Source: Pyrinomonadaceae bacterium
GTDB taxonomy: Bacteria > Acidobacteriota > Blastocatellia > Pyrinomonadales > Pyrinomonadaceae
DNA length: 64,000 nucleotides
NCBI GenBank assembly: GCA_046313635.1
Contig: JBKBYA010000005.1
Location: forward strand, 169,529-233,528
Direction of reading: 5' to 3'
Under the pieces are notes generated by a model that saw only the letters and a program-made list of their open reading frames with translations, did no database searches and had not been told where the DNA came from. Positions 46,119-56,066 of this stretch are shown piece by piece (position 1 is the stretch's first letter; the number at the start of each line of letters is the position of its first letter). Both the position numbers and the translations under genes were made by a program.

Positions 46119-46922
46119 ATGGACCCTGTTCTTATTCAGCTACTGGCCTTTGGGCTGCTCGCCGGGGCGGCGAATATGCTCGGCGGGCTTATCTTGTTCC
46201 CATCGAGCTCGCACAACGGCTACCGGCGGAATCTGAAGTACCTGCTCGCGCTCGGGGCAGGCTTTATGCTCGCCGTCACGTTCTTTGAGATCCTGCCAAA
46301 AACGTTCTGGCTCTGGCGGGCGGCTGGCGAGAATGGGGCCGAGGGATATTTTACTCCGATGGTGCTGCTGCTCGGCGGATATCTGCTGACGCAGTTCTTC
46401 GAGCATACGATCGCGCCGCACTTTCATCTCGGCGAGGAAGTGCATTCTTCACACGACCTTTTGCCTAAAGGTTCGGCCTACGCGGCGGTGGGCGGGCTGC
46501 TCATTCACACGTTCTTTGACGGCATCTCGATCGCGGCCGCGTCGATGATCGACGTAAGGGTCGGCTTCCTGGTCTTTGTCGCGGTCTTTCTGCACAAGTT
46601 TCCCGAGGGTTTCACGGTCGGCTCGATGATGCTGGCCGCCGGCAAGGGCCGTCGGGGCGTGCTGGTCACGACCGGCGTGATCGGGCTCACGACCTTTGCC
46701 GGCGTCGTGCTCTATTACCTCGTCGGGCCGGCGATCGGCTTCACGCTCGCGTACGCCTTGCCGGTCGCATGCGGCGTGACGCTTTACGTCGCGGCGAGCG
46801 ACCTGATCCCGGAGGTGAATCACCACGGCGGGCAGCGGCCGTTGGTCTCGCTCTCGGTCTTTGCGGGCGTTGCGATCTTCTTTGCCGTGCACTTCACGCT
46901 GCAGGCCGTCGGCGGCGAATAA
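46119..46922 (+). CDS. ZIP family metal transporter
   Basis: ALGAGFML, His-rich loop, IHTFFDG, LHKFPEG, LYVAASDLIPE. Confidence 0.9.
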   Translation: MDPVLIQLLAFGLLAGAANMLGGLILFPSSSHNGYRRNLKYLLALGAGFMLAVTFFEILPKTFWLWRAAGENGAEGYFTPMVLLLGGYLLTQFFEHTIAPHFHLGEEVHSSHDLLPKGSAYAAVGGLLIHTFFDGISIAAASMIDVRVGFLVFVAVFLHKFPEGFTVGSMMLAAGKGRRGVLVTTGVIGLTTFAGVVLYYLVGPAIGFTLAYALPVACGVTLYVAASDLIPEVNHHGGQRPLVSLSVFAGVAIFFAVHFTLQAVGGE

Positions 46923-46981
46923 TTCTCCGAACTATTCCCCGAGGCCTCGCGTACTGATTCCCGTGGAGGCAGTCAAACGAA

Positions 46982-47191
46982 ATGCGTGAACCAGTGCTTG
47001 CGGGGATATTGAGTCTCTTGGTGCCGGGCCTCGGGCAGATCTACAACGGCCGGATCATCGTCGGCCTGCTGTGGCTCCTGCTGACCGGCGTGTCGTGGAT
47101 CGGGTCGGCCGGACTCTTCGGCTGGGTCGTTCACATCATTTCGGCGTGGTGCGCGTACAGCTACGCAAAGGACCACCCCGTGCGCGTATAG
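46982..47191 (+). CDS. Small membrane protein with PGLGQIYNG motif
   Basis: 69 aa hydrophobic ORF, GGAGG upstream, terminator downstream. Confidence 0.75.
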   Translation: MREPVLAGILSLLVPGLGQIYNGRIIVGLLWLLLTGVSWIGSAGLFGWVVHIISAWCAYSYAKDHPVRV

Positions 47192-47219
47192 CTTCTCTTC
47201 AAACACCATCCTCCTTTTG

Positions 47220-47253
47220 AAACCCGGCGTCGCGTAGATGCCGGGTATTTTTT
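47220..47253 (+). terminator. Intrinsic terminator
   Basis: ACCCGGCGTC-GCGTA-GATGCCGGGT ATTTTTT. Confidence 0.7.
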
Positions 47254-47360
47254 GCGTTTTGTGAATCGCTCGCCTAATCCGGTAAGATTCTTATTCATCA
47301 AAGGACAAACGTCGGGAGACCGCCGGGCCGCGGCGGCAAACGGATAGCGAAGGTTTGAAT

Positions 47361-47966
47361 ATGATCGCAAGAGAAGGAATACCGTTCATCGTGGTGCCCC
47401 TGGCGCTCGCGATAATTCTTGCGGTCGGTGTCTCGTGGATCGCCGGCCTAGTCGTGCTTTTGCTGGCGGCCTTTATGGTCTATTTCTTTCGCGATCCGGA
47501 GCGGGCAGTGCCCGGCGAGGACGACATCGTCGTCTCGGCCGCCGACGGTGTCGTGACGCGTGTCGACGAGTCGCCTGAGGCAAAGCTCGTCAGCGTTTTT
47601 CTCTCGCCGCTTGACGTTCATGTCAATCGCGCTCCGATCGCGGGACGCGTCGTCGCCGTCGACTACATTCGCGGCAAAAAGGTGCCGGCGACAAGCGACC
47701 AGGCGAGCCTCGTCAACGAGCGCAACTCGGTCACGATCGAGGGCGAGCGGATGACGGTAACGGTCACGCAGATCGCAGGCATTCTAGCACGCCGTATCGT
47801 GTGCCGCTGCAGGGTCGGCGACCACCTCGCCCTGGGCGAACGGTTTGGCTTGATAAAATTCAGCTCGCGTACCGACCTGCTGATGCCCGCAAATGTCGAG
47901 CTGCTGGTAAAGACCGGCGACCGCGTTGTCGGCGGCGAGACGATAATCGCCCGCCTCAGGCCCTAG
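47361..47966 (+). CDS. psd: Phosphatidylserine decarboxylase proenzyme (short type)
   Basis: FFRDPER, SAADG, FLSPLDVHVNRAP, NERN, QIAGILARRI, RFGLIKFSSRTD. Confidence 0.92.
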   Translation: MIAREGIPFIVVPLALAIILAVGVSWIAGLVVLLLAAFMVYFFRDPERAVPGEDDIVVSAADGVVTRVDESPEAKLVSVFLSPLDVHVNRAPIAGRVVAVDYIRGKKVPATSDQASLVNERNSVTIEGERMTVTVTQIAGILARRIVCRCRVGDHLALGERFGLIKFSSRTDLLMPANVELLVKTGDRVVGGETIIARLRP

Positions 47967-47984
47967 GACCCGGGCCACGCTTTT

Positions 47985-48848
47985 ATGGAAACTCAGGAAG
48001 AAAAGCCCAAGCACCGCGGCCTCAAGAAAGGTCTCTACGTGATCCCGACGCTTTTCACCGCGGCCAATGTCGCGGCGGGATTCCTCGCCGTGCTGTGGTC
48101 GATCCGCGGCTTTCAGCTCGCGACCACGGATGTCGAAGGCGCGACCCGCTATTTCAACTTCGCGGCCGTAGCGATCGGGCTGGCGATCTTGTTTGACACG
48201 CTCGACGGACGCGTCGCCCGAATGACGCGTACCGCGACTGAGATCGGCGTGCAGTTCGACTCACTTGCCGACGTGCTCACCTTTGGCATCGCGCCGATCG
48301 CTCTGGTTTACAGCTGGGGCATCGCGGTCGTCTTTCCCGAGTCGGGCCCGGCGTACGGGATCGGCGTCTTTTTGCTTTTTATGTATTTGATGTGCGGGGC
48401 CTTCAGGCTCGCGCGCTTCAACATTCAATCGACGCGGCCGCGGGTCTTGATCGAGGGGTCGCCAAAGGTCGATAAAAAGAATTTCGTCGGACTTCCCATT
48501 CCTCCGTCGGCGGGGCTGCTCGCGTCGATCGTGCACTTTGCTCCGGCGCCGCTGAATACTTACCCAGACGACTGGCCGCGATTTTACGCGACGATGCTGA
48601 TGCTGCTGATCGCTCTGCTCGGCGTGCTGATGGTGAGCACAATCCGCTATACAAGCTTTAAGAATGTCGGCACCGGACGCGGCAACCTTTATATGATCCT
48701 CGTCGTCGCGGCGATCGGGATGGCGATCTGGCTTTACTCGCAGTACGCGCTGATCACGCTCGCCGTGCTGTACGTCTCGCACGGCATCGTCTGGTACCTC
48801 TACACGCTCGTGCGGCCGCGACGGCGCCTTCAAGTCGAGGCCCAATAA
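47985..48848 (+). CDS. pssA: CDP-diacylglycerol--serine O-phosphatidyltransferase
   Basis: FDTLDGRVARMT...G.QFDSLADVLTFGIAP, RLARFN, FVGLPIP; paired with psd. Confidence 0.92.
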   Translation: METQEEKPKHRGLKKGLYVIPTLFTAANVAAGFLAVLWSIRGFQLATTDVEGATRYFNFAAVAIGLAILFDTLDGRVARMTRTATEIGVQFDSLADVLTFGIAPIALVYSWGIAVVFPESGPAYGIGVFLLFMYLMCGAFRLARFNIQSTRPRVLIEGSPKVDKKNFVGLPIPPSAGLLASIVHFAPAPLNTYPDDWPRFYATMLMLLIALLGVLMVSTIRYTSFKNVGTGRGNLYMILVVAAIGMAIWLYSQYALITLAVLYVSHGIVWYLYTLVRPRRRLQVEAQ

Positions 48849-48855
48849 CGACAAC

Positions 48856-50262
48856 TTACCTGGCGAGACGCCGCTTGGCCCGCAAGGGCGAAACGATGCC
48901 GCGCGGGCTCCGGCGTGACCGCTTATGCTCGTCGTCCTCGATGTCGTCATCGTACCGGTAACCGCACGCGACGAGCACAGCAAGCAGCCCGAGAAACAAC
49001 GCCGAGATCGCCGTCGTGTGCAGCACAAAATCAAAAAGGCTGTGCACGAGCACCGCAGACACCGCTGCCGCCGCACCGACGCCGACGCCTCGTCTGAACA
49101 GATTCTTCCTCCGCGACACGCGCTTGACCTCGGCGATGAATACGACGAGAAACGCGATCCCGATCACAAGTCCCGGCACGCCCGCATCGGCCAGCACCTG
49201 AAGATAATCGTTGTGCGCCTGCTCGACGCGCTCGAGGCCGCTCGATGTGTCATACCGTGTGTAGGCCGTATCAAAGGCGCCGATGCCGGCGCCGAGCGGC
49301 AGGTTTTGCCTGATCACCTCGACGGTCACATCCCAGATGTGCGTGCGGTTGCTGCTCACGTCCTCTGAGCCGGCCGTCTCGGCAAATCGCGAGAGTGACG
49401 ATTCGCCGCCGACAAAGATCGCTCCGCCGATAACGGCGATCAGCAGTGCGATGGCCAGCGCGGCCTTGATCGCGATGCCCTTCGCCGTTCGCGAGGTCGT
49501 CGTCAGGAACAGGAGGATCGCGATCTCTGCAAGCAGAGCGACGAGCCCGCCGCGCGAGCCGCTCAAGAGGAGTGCGATGCCCATCAGCGCGATCGCCGTC
49601 ACGTACAGGAGCCGCTTGTCGCGAGCGACCGCGCCGGTCAGCAGCATGGCGAGCGGCACGGCGATCGTCATCTCCATATAAGCCGCAAAATTATGCCGGT
49701 TGACGAACGAGCCGTACGGCGTCGCAAACTGCCGCTCGTATATTCCGTAGATCTTTGCCGGACTCAAGACGCCCTGCAGGATCGCAAAGAACGCGAAGAC
49801 CGCGCCGAAAACGGTCAGCACCGCGACGAACCTTTGGATCCTTTTTGCCGAGTCGAGCGTCGTCAGCGTCACCGAAAAAAAGACAAGCAGGATCAGAATG
49901 TGGACCGACGTCGCCAGCGTCGCGTGCGGCTGCTGGGAGATCGTCCGGGGGACCTCCGCGAGACCGGCGGTCGAAGCGATGTCGCCGAACGGTATCGCCT
50001 GCGCGACCCCGTACAACGCGTAAGCTGCGATCACGAGCTGAAACCAGCTTCGGCTGAATCGCACGGGCGAGCTGCCGCCGGCGAGCGCGTCGGCCGCCCA
50101 CACGATAGCGGCCGCAGCGACGAGCAGATAAAACAGGACGATGATCGGCTGGTGCACCGCACCGTACGCGAGAGCCGTAAAGATCACGATCGCGTTGATC
50201 AAAAAGAATGCGAGCTTGCTGGCCCGCGTCCGCTGGTTTGTCGAGACGGCGTGCTGAGTCAT
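48856..50262 (-). CDS. O-antigen ligase / O-oligosaccharyltransferase (Wzy_C) family protein
   Basis: Polytopic; GSFVNRHNFA, SGSRGG, PLGAGIGAF, AHNDYLQ, VHSLFDF; ATG at 50262 overlaps the upstream stop. Confidence 0.88.
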   Translation of the reverse strand: MTQHAVSTNQRTRASKLAFFLINAIVIFTALAYGAVHQPIIVLFYLLVAAAAIVWAADALAGGSSPVRFSRSWFQLVIAAYALYGVAQAIPFGDIASTAGLAEVPRTISQQPHATLATSVHILILLVFFSVTLTTLDSAKRIQRFVAVLTVFGAVFAFFAILQGVLSPAKIYGIYERQFATPYGSFVNRHNFAAYMEMTIAVPLAMLLTGAVARDKRLLYVTAIALMGIALLLSGSRGGLVALLAEIAILLFLTTTSRTAKGIAIKAALAIALLIAVIGGAIFVGGESSLSRFAETAGSEDVSSNRTHIWDVTVEVIRQNLPLGAGIGAFDTAYTRYDTSSGLERVEQAHNDYLQVLADAGVPGLVIGIAFLVVFIAEVKRVSRRKNLFRRGVGVGAAAAVSAVLVHSLFDFVLHTTAISALFLGLLAVLVACGYRYDDDIEDDEHKRSRRSPRGIVSPLRAKRRLAR

Positions 50263-51557
50263 CTTCGGCTGAGTTGAAAGTCGTCGTACCAGAGCGTGCC
50301 GGCGATCGGGCAGGCCTCGCCGCAAAAGACCCTCGAGGTCCTGATCACGATGCCCTCGCAATTCTCCGGCGTGCGAAAGTCGATGGTCATCTCCTGCCAG
50401 TCGACCGAGCCGGTCGGGACGGGCCCCGACGAGGCGAGTATCAAATTGTCGTTGCCGTTGACAACGTCGACCTGCGGCACGCCCGAACTGCGAAGATTGT
50501 CCGTGCGCACCCAGAACGAGAGTCGATAGCTGCGGCCGGGCTCGACCGCGACGATCTGCCAGACATTGTGAAGCTCTGGCTTGACGTACACGCGGAAGTT
50601 GAGCTTCAAACTGCGGGCACCTGTGTGCTTGACCGACGTGTCGGAGCTGACGTCGAGCTTGTTGTCGCCGCGAACGATATTCCAGCCGTAAAAGTTCGCC
50701 TCCTCGGTACCGATGGCCTTTTCAAATCCGCCGTTGGTCACGGTCTCGGGCTGGGCGTCGGTATCGATGCCGACCTGCCGCGAGAACTCGAGCCCCTGCC
50801 TGAAAAATCTCTTTTCCGTCAGCGCCCGCGCGATGGTGCGTGCGGTCTGCGGGTGCTCGGCCTTTTCGTCGTTGGTCAGAGTGTTCCAGACCCTCAGCGA
50901 ATCGGCCGCCCGCTCGCGTGCCGCATAAAAAAGTGCAAGGCTCGCACGCACGTCGGCTTCGTTCGATATGACCTGCTCGAGCCTCGACGGATCTTTGTCA
51001 AAGTAGTCCCACGCGAGCGAAAAGACCTGTTCACGGTAGGTCAGGTTCTTCTCGGTCGCCCGCTTGAATTCGGCAAACGCCTCGTCCCCGCGGTCGCGGC
51101 GGAGCAAAAAATTGCCGAGCTGCCAGCGCGGAAACGTATAGCTCGGCGCAAGCTCGACGCCGCGGCGAAAGGCCTGCTCGGCCTTGTCAAACTTCTCGGC
51201 CTGCTCGTAGGCGCGGCCGAGCTCGATCCACCAGCGGTAGTCGTACGGCGAGAGGCGGACGACCGTCTCGAGCAGCGCTACCGAATTGTCGATGCCCTCG
51301 GGCGTAAAGACCGACCGCTCGGTCGCGGCCCGCAGCCAGCGTGTCAGCGGGTCGTACGGCGAGAGGCCGACCGCCGCGTCGGCGGTCTCGCGCGCACGCG
51401 GGTCGTTTGGCCGCGTCAGCTCGGCGAGCATATTGCCGAGCTGCCAGCGTACGCCGTAAAAGGTGAGCAGCAGCACGATGAGGACCGCGGCCCCGACCGC
51501 GACACGGCCGGCTGTCGAGCGAGGATCTAATTCAACGAATTGTTTCGACGAGATCAT
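50259..51557 (-). CDS. Membrane-anchored TPR protein with C-terminal carbohydrate-binding (CBM4/9-like) domain
   Basis: TM, TPR repeats, then VTNGGFE...[15 protein letters not shown]...DWQEMTIDF...LWYDDFQL. Confidence 0.8.
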   Translation of the reverse strand: MISSKQFVELDPRSTAGRVAVGAAVLIVLLLTFYGVRWQLGNMLAELTRPNDPRARETADAAVGLSPYDPLTRWLRAATERSVFTPEGIDNSVALLETVVRLSPYDYRWWIELGRAYEQAEKFDKAEQAFRRGVELAPSYTFPRWQLGNFLLRRDRGDEAFAEFKRATEKNLTYREQVFSLAWDYFDKDPSRLEQVISNEADVRASLALFYAARERAADSLRVWNTLTNDEKAEHPQTARTIARALTEKRFFRQGLEFSRQVGIDTDAQPETVTNGGFEKAIGTEEANFYGWNIVRGDNKLDVSSDTSVKHTGARSLKLNFRVYVKPELHNVWQIVAVEPGRSYRLSFWVRTDNLRSSGVPQVDVVNGNDNLILASSGPVPTGSVDWQEMTIDFRTPENCEGIVIRTSRVFCGEACPIAGTLWYDDFQLSRR

Positions 51558-52672
51558 TGGCGAAAGAGATCTGCGATCGTACCGACGACGTACTCCAGCT
51601 GCTCGCGGCGAAGCTCGGGGTAGATCGGCAGAGCGAGCGTCTCGCGTGCGGCGCGTTCCGCCTCAGGCAGATCGCCCTCGCGATAGCCGAGGTACGCAAA
51701 GCACTCCTGCAGGTGCAGCGGTACGGGATAGTAGATATCGGTGCCGACGCCCCTCTCGGTGAGATACGCGCGGAGCTCGTCGCGGCGATCCGGCACGCGG
51801 ATGACAAATTGGTTATAAATGTGACGGACATCCTCGCGTTCGCGCGGCAGCACGATCTGCTCGACGAGACCGGCGTCGGTAAAAAGCTGCCGATAGAGCG
51901 CCGCATTGCGCTGTCTCGCCTCGGTCCACGCGTCGAGATGCGGCAGCTTTACTCTCAGCACAGCTCCCTGAAAGCCGTCGAGCCGCGAGTTTAGGCCGAC
52001 GTACTTGTGATAGTACTTCTCCTCAGAGCCGTGCACGCGAAGCGCGTTGAGCTTGCGAGCGAGCGCGTCGTCGTCGGTCGTGATGAATCCGCCGTCGCCC
52101 ATACCGCCGAGATTCTTCGACGGATAAAACGAAAAGCATCCGATCTCGCCGATCGCACCGACCCGAAGGCCGCGCTCCTCGGCACCGATCGCCTGTGCGG
52201 CGTCCTCGACGATTGGAATGCCGCGCGGCCCGCAGATCGCCTTTAGGGCCCGCATATCTGCGGGCTGACCGTAGAGGTGAACGGGCTCGATAGCTTTTGT
52301 CCGTTCCGTGATCTTTGCCTCGACCTGCGAGACGTCGAGGTTGTACGTCTCCGGCTCGATATCGACAAAGACCGGCACGGCGCCGAGACGCGTGATCGAG
52401 CTGACCGTCGCAAAAAAGCTGTACGGCGTCGTGATCACCTCGTCGCCGGGGCCGACGCCGAGAGCCATCAGCGCCAGCAGAAGCGCGTCCGAGCCCGATG
52501 CGCATCCTATCGCGTGCTTTGTGCCGCAGTATTCGGCCAGCTCCTTTTCAAGGGCCGCGACCTCGCCGCCGAGGATGAATGCGTTCGTATCGAGCACACG
52601 CGCCAGAGCCGCCTCGATCTCGGGCCGCAGCACGCTGTTTTGTTCTTTAAGATCTAAAAGGGGAACGTTCAT
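51554..52672 (-). CDS. DegT/DnrJ/EryC1/StrS nucleotide-sugar aminotransferase
   Basis: [41 protein letters not shown]. Confidence 0.93.
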   Translation of the reverse strand: MNVPLLDLKEQNSVLRPEIEAALARVLDTNAFILGGEVAALEKELAEYCGTKHAIGCASGSDALLLALMALGVGPGDEVITTPYSFFATVSSITRLGAVPVFVDIEPETYNLDVSQVEAKITERTKAIEPVHLYGQPADMRALKAICGPRGIPIVEDAAQAIGAEERGLRVGAIGEIGCFSFYPSKNLGGMGDGGFITTDDDALARKLNALRVHGSEEKYYHKYVGLNSRLDGFQGAVLRVKLPHLDAWTEARQRNAALYRQLFTDAGLVEQIVLPREREDVRHIYNQFVIRVPDRRDELRAYLTERGVGTDIYYPVPLHLQECFAYLGYREGDLPEAERAARETLALPIYPELRREQLEYVVGTIADLFRQ

Positions 52673-52686
52673 TGGACAGATGCGAA

Positions 52687-52814
52687 CGGTTAACGGTGAA
52701 TGGTAATTGGTAAATGAGTTGGCCTGGAGTTACTCGCCCCGTCTCCGGCGACAAGCGGCTAGCCTCCCGGCCGCGTCAATTCAAAATTTACCTTTTACCA
52801 TTTACCGTTAACCG
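52687..52814. repeat. Inverted pair of short tandem heptamer arrays
   Basis: CGGTTAA CGGTGAA TGGTAAT TGGTAAA versus ATTTACC TTTTACC ATTTACC GTTAACC G. Confidence 0.7.
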
Positions 52815-52892
52815 CTTAACTACTCCTCCCAATCTTACCCAATCGCCCCCGAGTTTGCATTTTGGCCCCCACTTTCTTAGCCTGAATCGCGA

Positions 52893-53567
52893 ATGCCGGA
52901 CGACCTCAAACAGCGAACCAAAGAGATCATCAAGCGCCTAAAAAAGGCATATCCCGACGCTCACTGCGCGCTCGATCATTCGAACGCCTTCGAGCTGCTG
53001 ATCGCGACGATCCTCTCGGCGCAGTGCACGGACGAGCGCGTCAACATCGTCACCGCCGATCTGTTTCGCAAGTATCGCGGCCCGGCCGATTATCTCAACG
53101 TCACACAGGAGGAGCTCGAGCGCGACATTCACTCGACCGGATTCTTCCGCAACAAGGCAAAGAATATCCAGGCCGCGTGCCGCAAGATCGTTGACGAGCA
53201 TGGCGGCAGCGTGCCCGCGACGATGGACGACCTGCTCGCCCTCAACGGCGTCGCCCGCAAGACCGCGAACGTCGTTCTCGGCAACGCCTTTGGAATCGCG
53301 TCGGGCATCGTCGTCGACACACACGTCGCGCGCCTCTCAAAACGCCTCGGCCTCACCCAAAACGAACAGCCCGAAAAGATCGAACGCGACCTGATGGAGC
53401 TCGTCCCCAAAAAGGACTGGATAATGTTCTCCCACTGGCTCATCTCCCACGGCCGCGCCATCTGCCAGGCCCGCAAACCCAAATGCCGCGTGTGCCCGCT
53501 AGCATCTGTTTGTCCGTCGTACGACGTTTATATTGCGAATGGCATCGCGGCGCCGCTAGCGGAATAA
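52893..53567 (+). CDS. nth: Endonuclease III
   Basis: LIATILSAQCTD, HhH LNGVARKTANVV, VDTHV, C-x6-C-x2-C-x5-C Fe-S motif. Confidence 0.96.
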   Translation: MPDDLKQRTKEIIKRLKKAYPDAHCALDHSNAFELLIATILSAQCTDERVNIVTADLFRKYRGPADYLNVTQEELERDIHSTGFFRNKAKNIQAACRKIVDEHGGSVPATMDDLLALNGVARKTANVVLGNAFGIASGIVVDTHVARLSKRLGLTQNEQPEKIERDLMELVPKKDWIMFSHWLISHGRAICQARKPKCRVCPLASVCPSYDVYIANGIAAPLAE

Positions 53568-53686
53568 CAATCACGCGTCTACCGTATCAGTACCGCCCGC
53601 AGTCGCCGATCGGAGTATTGGCCGCAAATGGAAAAGGCCGCCTGCCCTAAGGGTGACGCGTCCTACGGTCGATGTGCGGCTATTCT

Positions 53687-53990
53687 CTACTCCATCGTGA
53701 TCACATAAACAAAATCATCCGTGGCGATAAAGGCACGATTGCCGCTGGCCTCGATGTCGAACACTCCCTGCAACTTCATCGCCTCGGGCAGCGAATAGGC
53801 CATCCAGTGTCGGCCGCTGTCCGCGGTAAACAAGACGACGTTGCCGGTGCCGGCCGCGACGCCGAAGCCCTCTCGTGAAAAATCGATCTCGTCCCATTCG
53901 AAACCGCCGACAGCGTTCGGCAAATTGTCCGGTTCATTCCAAGTCAATCCGCGGTCGGTCGAACGCATCATCGTTCCCTTGCCGCATAAT
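53687..53990 (-). pseudogene. Probable C-terminal remnant of a BNR/Asp-box (YCF48-like) beta-propeller gene
   Basis: STDRGLTW and TADSGRHW Asp-boxes in about 100 aa; upstream frame looks non-coding; no signal peptide. Confidence 0.5.
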
Positions 53991-54157
53991 GTTCGATCTG
54001 GCGTACCGAGCCGCAACCCGCGACGCTTATGCCGCTGTCGCCGACAGCTCGGTTCGTTTGCCGCGCCTTTCACCACACTCGCGTGCGGGGCCACAGTTAT
54101 TCGTCACGACACCTTGCATTTTTTAAGATCGGTCAACACGCGGCTCCCCTGAATTTA

Positions 54158-55873
54158 CTATGGACGTGGTGTCGGGCTCGCTGACGGTGTGGGCGTCGTG
54201 GTTGGTGTTGCCGGCGGTTTCGGCATCTGATCCGCACTGAAGCGCGGCAGCAGCTCGTCGCGCATCGCGAGGGCGTAGACGGCGGCGGCGAAGACGATCG
54301 CAGACTTCTTTACGTCGTCCTCGATGATCCGCTCGTACGTGTCGATGTTTGTGTGCCATGTGCCCGCAAAGTACTCGATCGGGTCCTGCTGCGTGCCGAT
54401 GCCGGGGAGGCCTGCATTGTTGAACGACGTGCTGTCCGTGCCTCCGAGGCCACGGCTGTTGGTCGAGACCACGCCGGCGAGACCGAGATCGGCAAATGGA
54501 GCGAGAGCTTCGCGAAGCACCGCCGCGGTCTCGGGCGGGCCGAAGACCGACAAGATGCGCGCCCGGCCCGTGCCGCTGTCAATGTTGAAGTAGCCGCCGA
54601 ATTTCGAATATTCCGGCGTCGGGTTTTCAAACGATCCGAAGTGCTTCTTCACATACGCCTGCGAGCCGAGCAGTCCCTGCTCTTCGCCGCTCCAGCACGC
54701 GACGCGGATGGTGCGACGTGGCTTCACGCCGATGGCCTTGAGAATGCGGGCGGCTTCCATCATCGTCGCGCAGCCGACGGCGTTGTCGGTCGCGCCCGTC
54801 GCCGAGTGCCACGAGTCGAGGTGGCCGCCGAGCATGATGACCTCGTCCTTTTTGTCCGAGCCGTAGATCTCGCCGATGAGGTTGTAGCTCGTCGTGCCCT
54901 CGGGTACTATGCGGTTGCGAATGTCGAACTCGAGCTTCACCGGCGTCTTGTGCGCGAGCAGCCGCGCGATGCGGCCAAAATCCTCGTTTCGCATCACGAC
55001 GGTCGGCACGACCTTTGTGATATCGAATGTGCGGTTATTGAACGCGCGAACGAGACCGCGATCGAGCGGCGACTCGTTGATGCGGACAAGCACGTTGTTG
55101 TCGAGCAGGAACTTGTCGAGCTGCTCACTGATCTGCAGACCGTTGAGCGCGTTCGGCCGAGGGGTGACACGCTGAGCCGGCGGCGGCCCCTGAGGCGGCA
55201 GCGGCCCGCCGGCGAGCGCGGCGCAATCGGCCGGCGTCTTTGTCACGTCGGCACGGCATTTGACGAATTCGTCATTGAGCCGCTTCGGCGCCTGCGGCGT
55301 CGACTGATCGATGAATGTCGGCTTGCCGACGAGCACCATCTTGCCGTTAACGGCCGACTTGATGCTGTCAAAGTAAGCCGTCAGCTCGGCCTGCGTCGGA
55401 TTTTGCATCACCTTCGGGTCATCGGCCGACGGAAACTGCGGGATGATCAGATGAAACGCTTCGCCCGTAACGACGCCTTTGGTCGACGGCGACCAGGCGA
55501 GCACTTCGAACGTCAAAGCATCGGTCACCGGCGAGAGCATCATTCCGTAATTGCGCTCGTTAACCCAACCCGGATGGCCAAATTCCCACGGCTCAGCGGC
55601 CGTGTTGTCGAAGCCCCACCGCTTCATCTCTTCCATCGCCCACTTGACCGCGTTCACGTGATTGGGCGAGCCGGTCAGCCGCGGGCCGTAGAGGTCGGCG
55701 AAGTAATGCATCGTATTAAGGATCTTCGAGTTGTCCATTCCCTCCTTGCGGATGGCGGCGTAAACCTCGTCGCGCGAAGCCGTTTGCTGCGCGTGAAGTA
55801 CGAATGACGGTGCGACAAGAGCCTGCAGTACGAGCAGGGCCATCGCAATGCGTGCATATCTGATCTGTTTCAT
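54158..55873 (-). CDS. M28 family exported carboxypeptidase
   Basis: Signal peptide, GPRLTGS, GGHLDSW, GATDNAVG, WSGEEQGLLGS, NIDSG, WHTNID. Confidence 0.9.
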   Translation of the reverse strand: MKQIRYARIAMALLVLQALVAPSFVLHAQQTASRDEVYAAIRKEGMDNSKILNTMHYFADLYGPRLTGSPNHVNAVKWAMEEMKRWGFDNTAAEPWEFGHPGWVNERNYGMMLSPVTDALTFEVLAWSPSTKGVVTGEAFHLIIPQFPSADDPKVMQNPTQAELTAYFDSIKSAVNGKMVLVGKPTFIDQSTPQAPKRLNDEFVKCRADVTKTPADCAALAGGPLPPQGPPPAQRVTPRPNALNGLQISEQLDKFLLDNNVLVRINESPLDRGLVRAFNNRTFDITKVVPTVVMRNEDFGRIARLLAHKTPVKLEFDIRNRIVPEGTTSYNLIGEIYGSDKKDEVIMLGGHLDSWHSATGATDNAVGCATMMEAARILKAIGVKPRRTIRVACWSGEEQGLLGSQAYVKKHFGSFENPTPEYSKFGGYFNIDSGTGRARILSVFGPPETAAVLREALAPFADLGLAGVVSTNSRGLGGTDSTSFNNAGLPGIGTQQDPIEYFAGTWHTNIDTYERIIEDDVKKSAIVFAAAVYALAMRDELLPRFSADQMPKPPATPTTTPTPSASPTPRP

Positions 55874-56066
55874 ATTTGGCAAATACGTCTCGGGCGCGTC
55901 GAAGTCCCGAGTCTCTATCCTTGATCTCTTGTTTTTGGTTCTGGGACTGGGATATTGCTATTACTGTACAGCCGCGACAAAGGTTTCAAAAGTTGCAGGA
56001 ATGCACGACTTCACTGACAATCGCTTGAGATCACCGTATTCTTGGCTCCGCCGGACAAAACACGAA

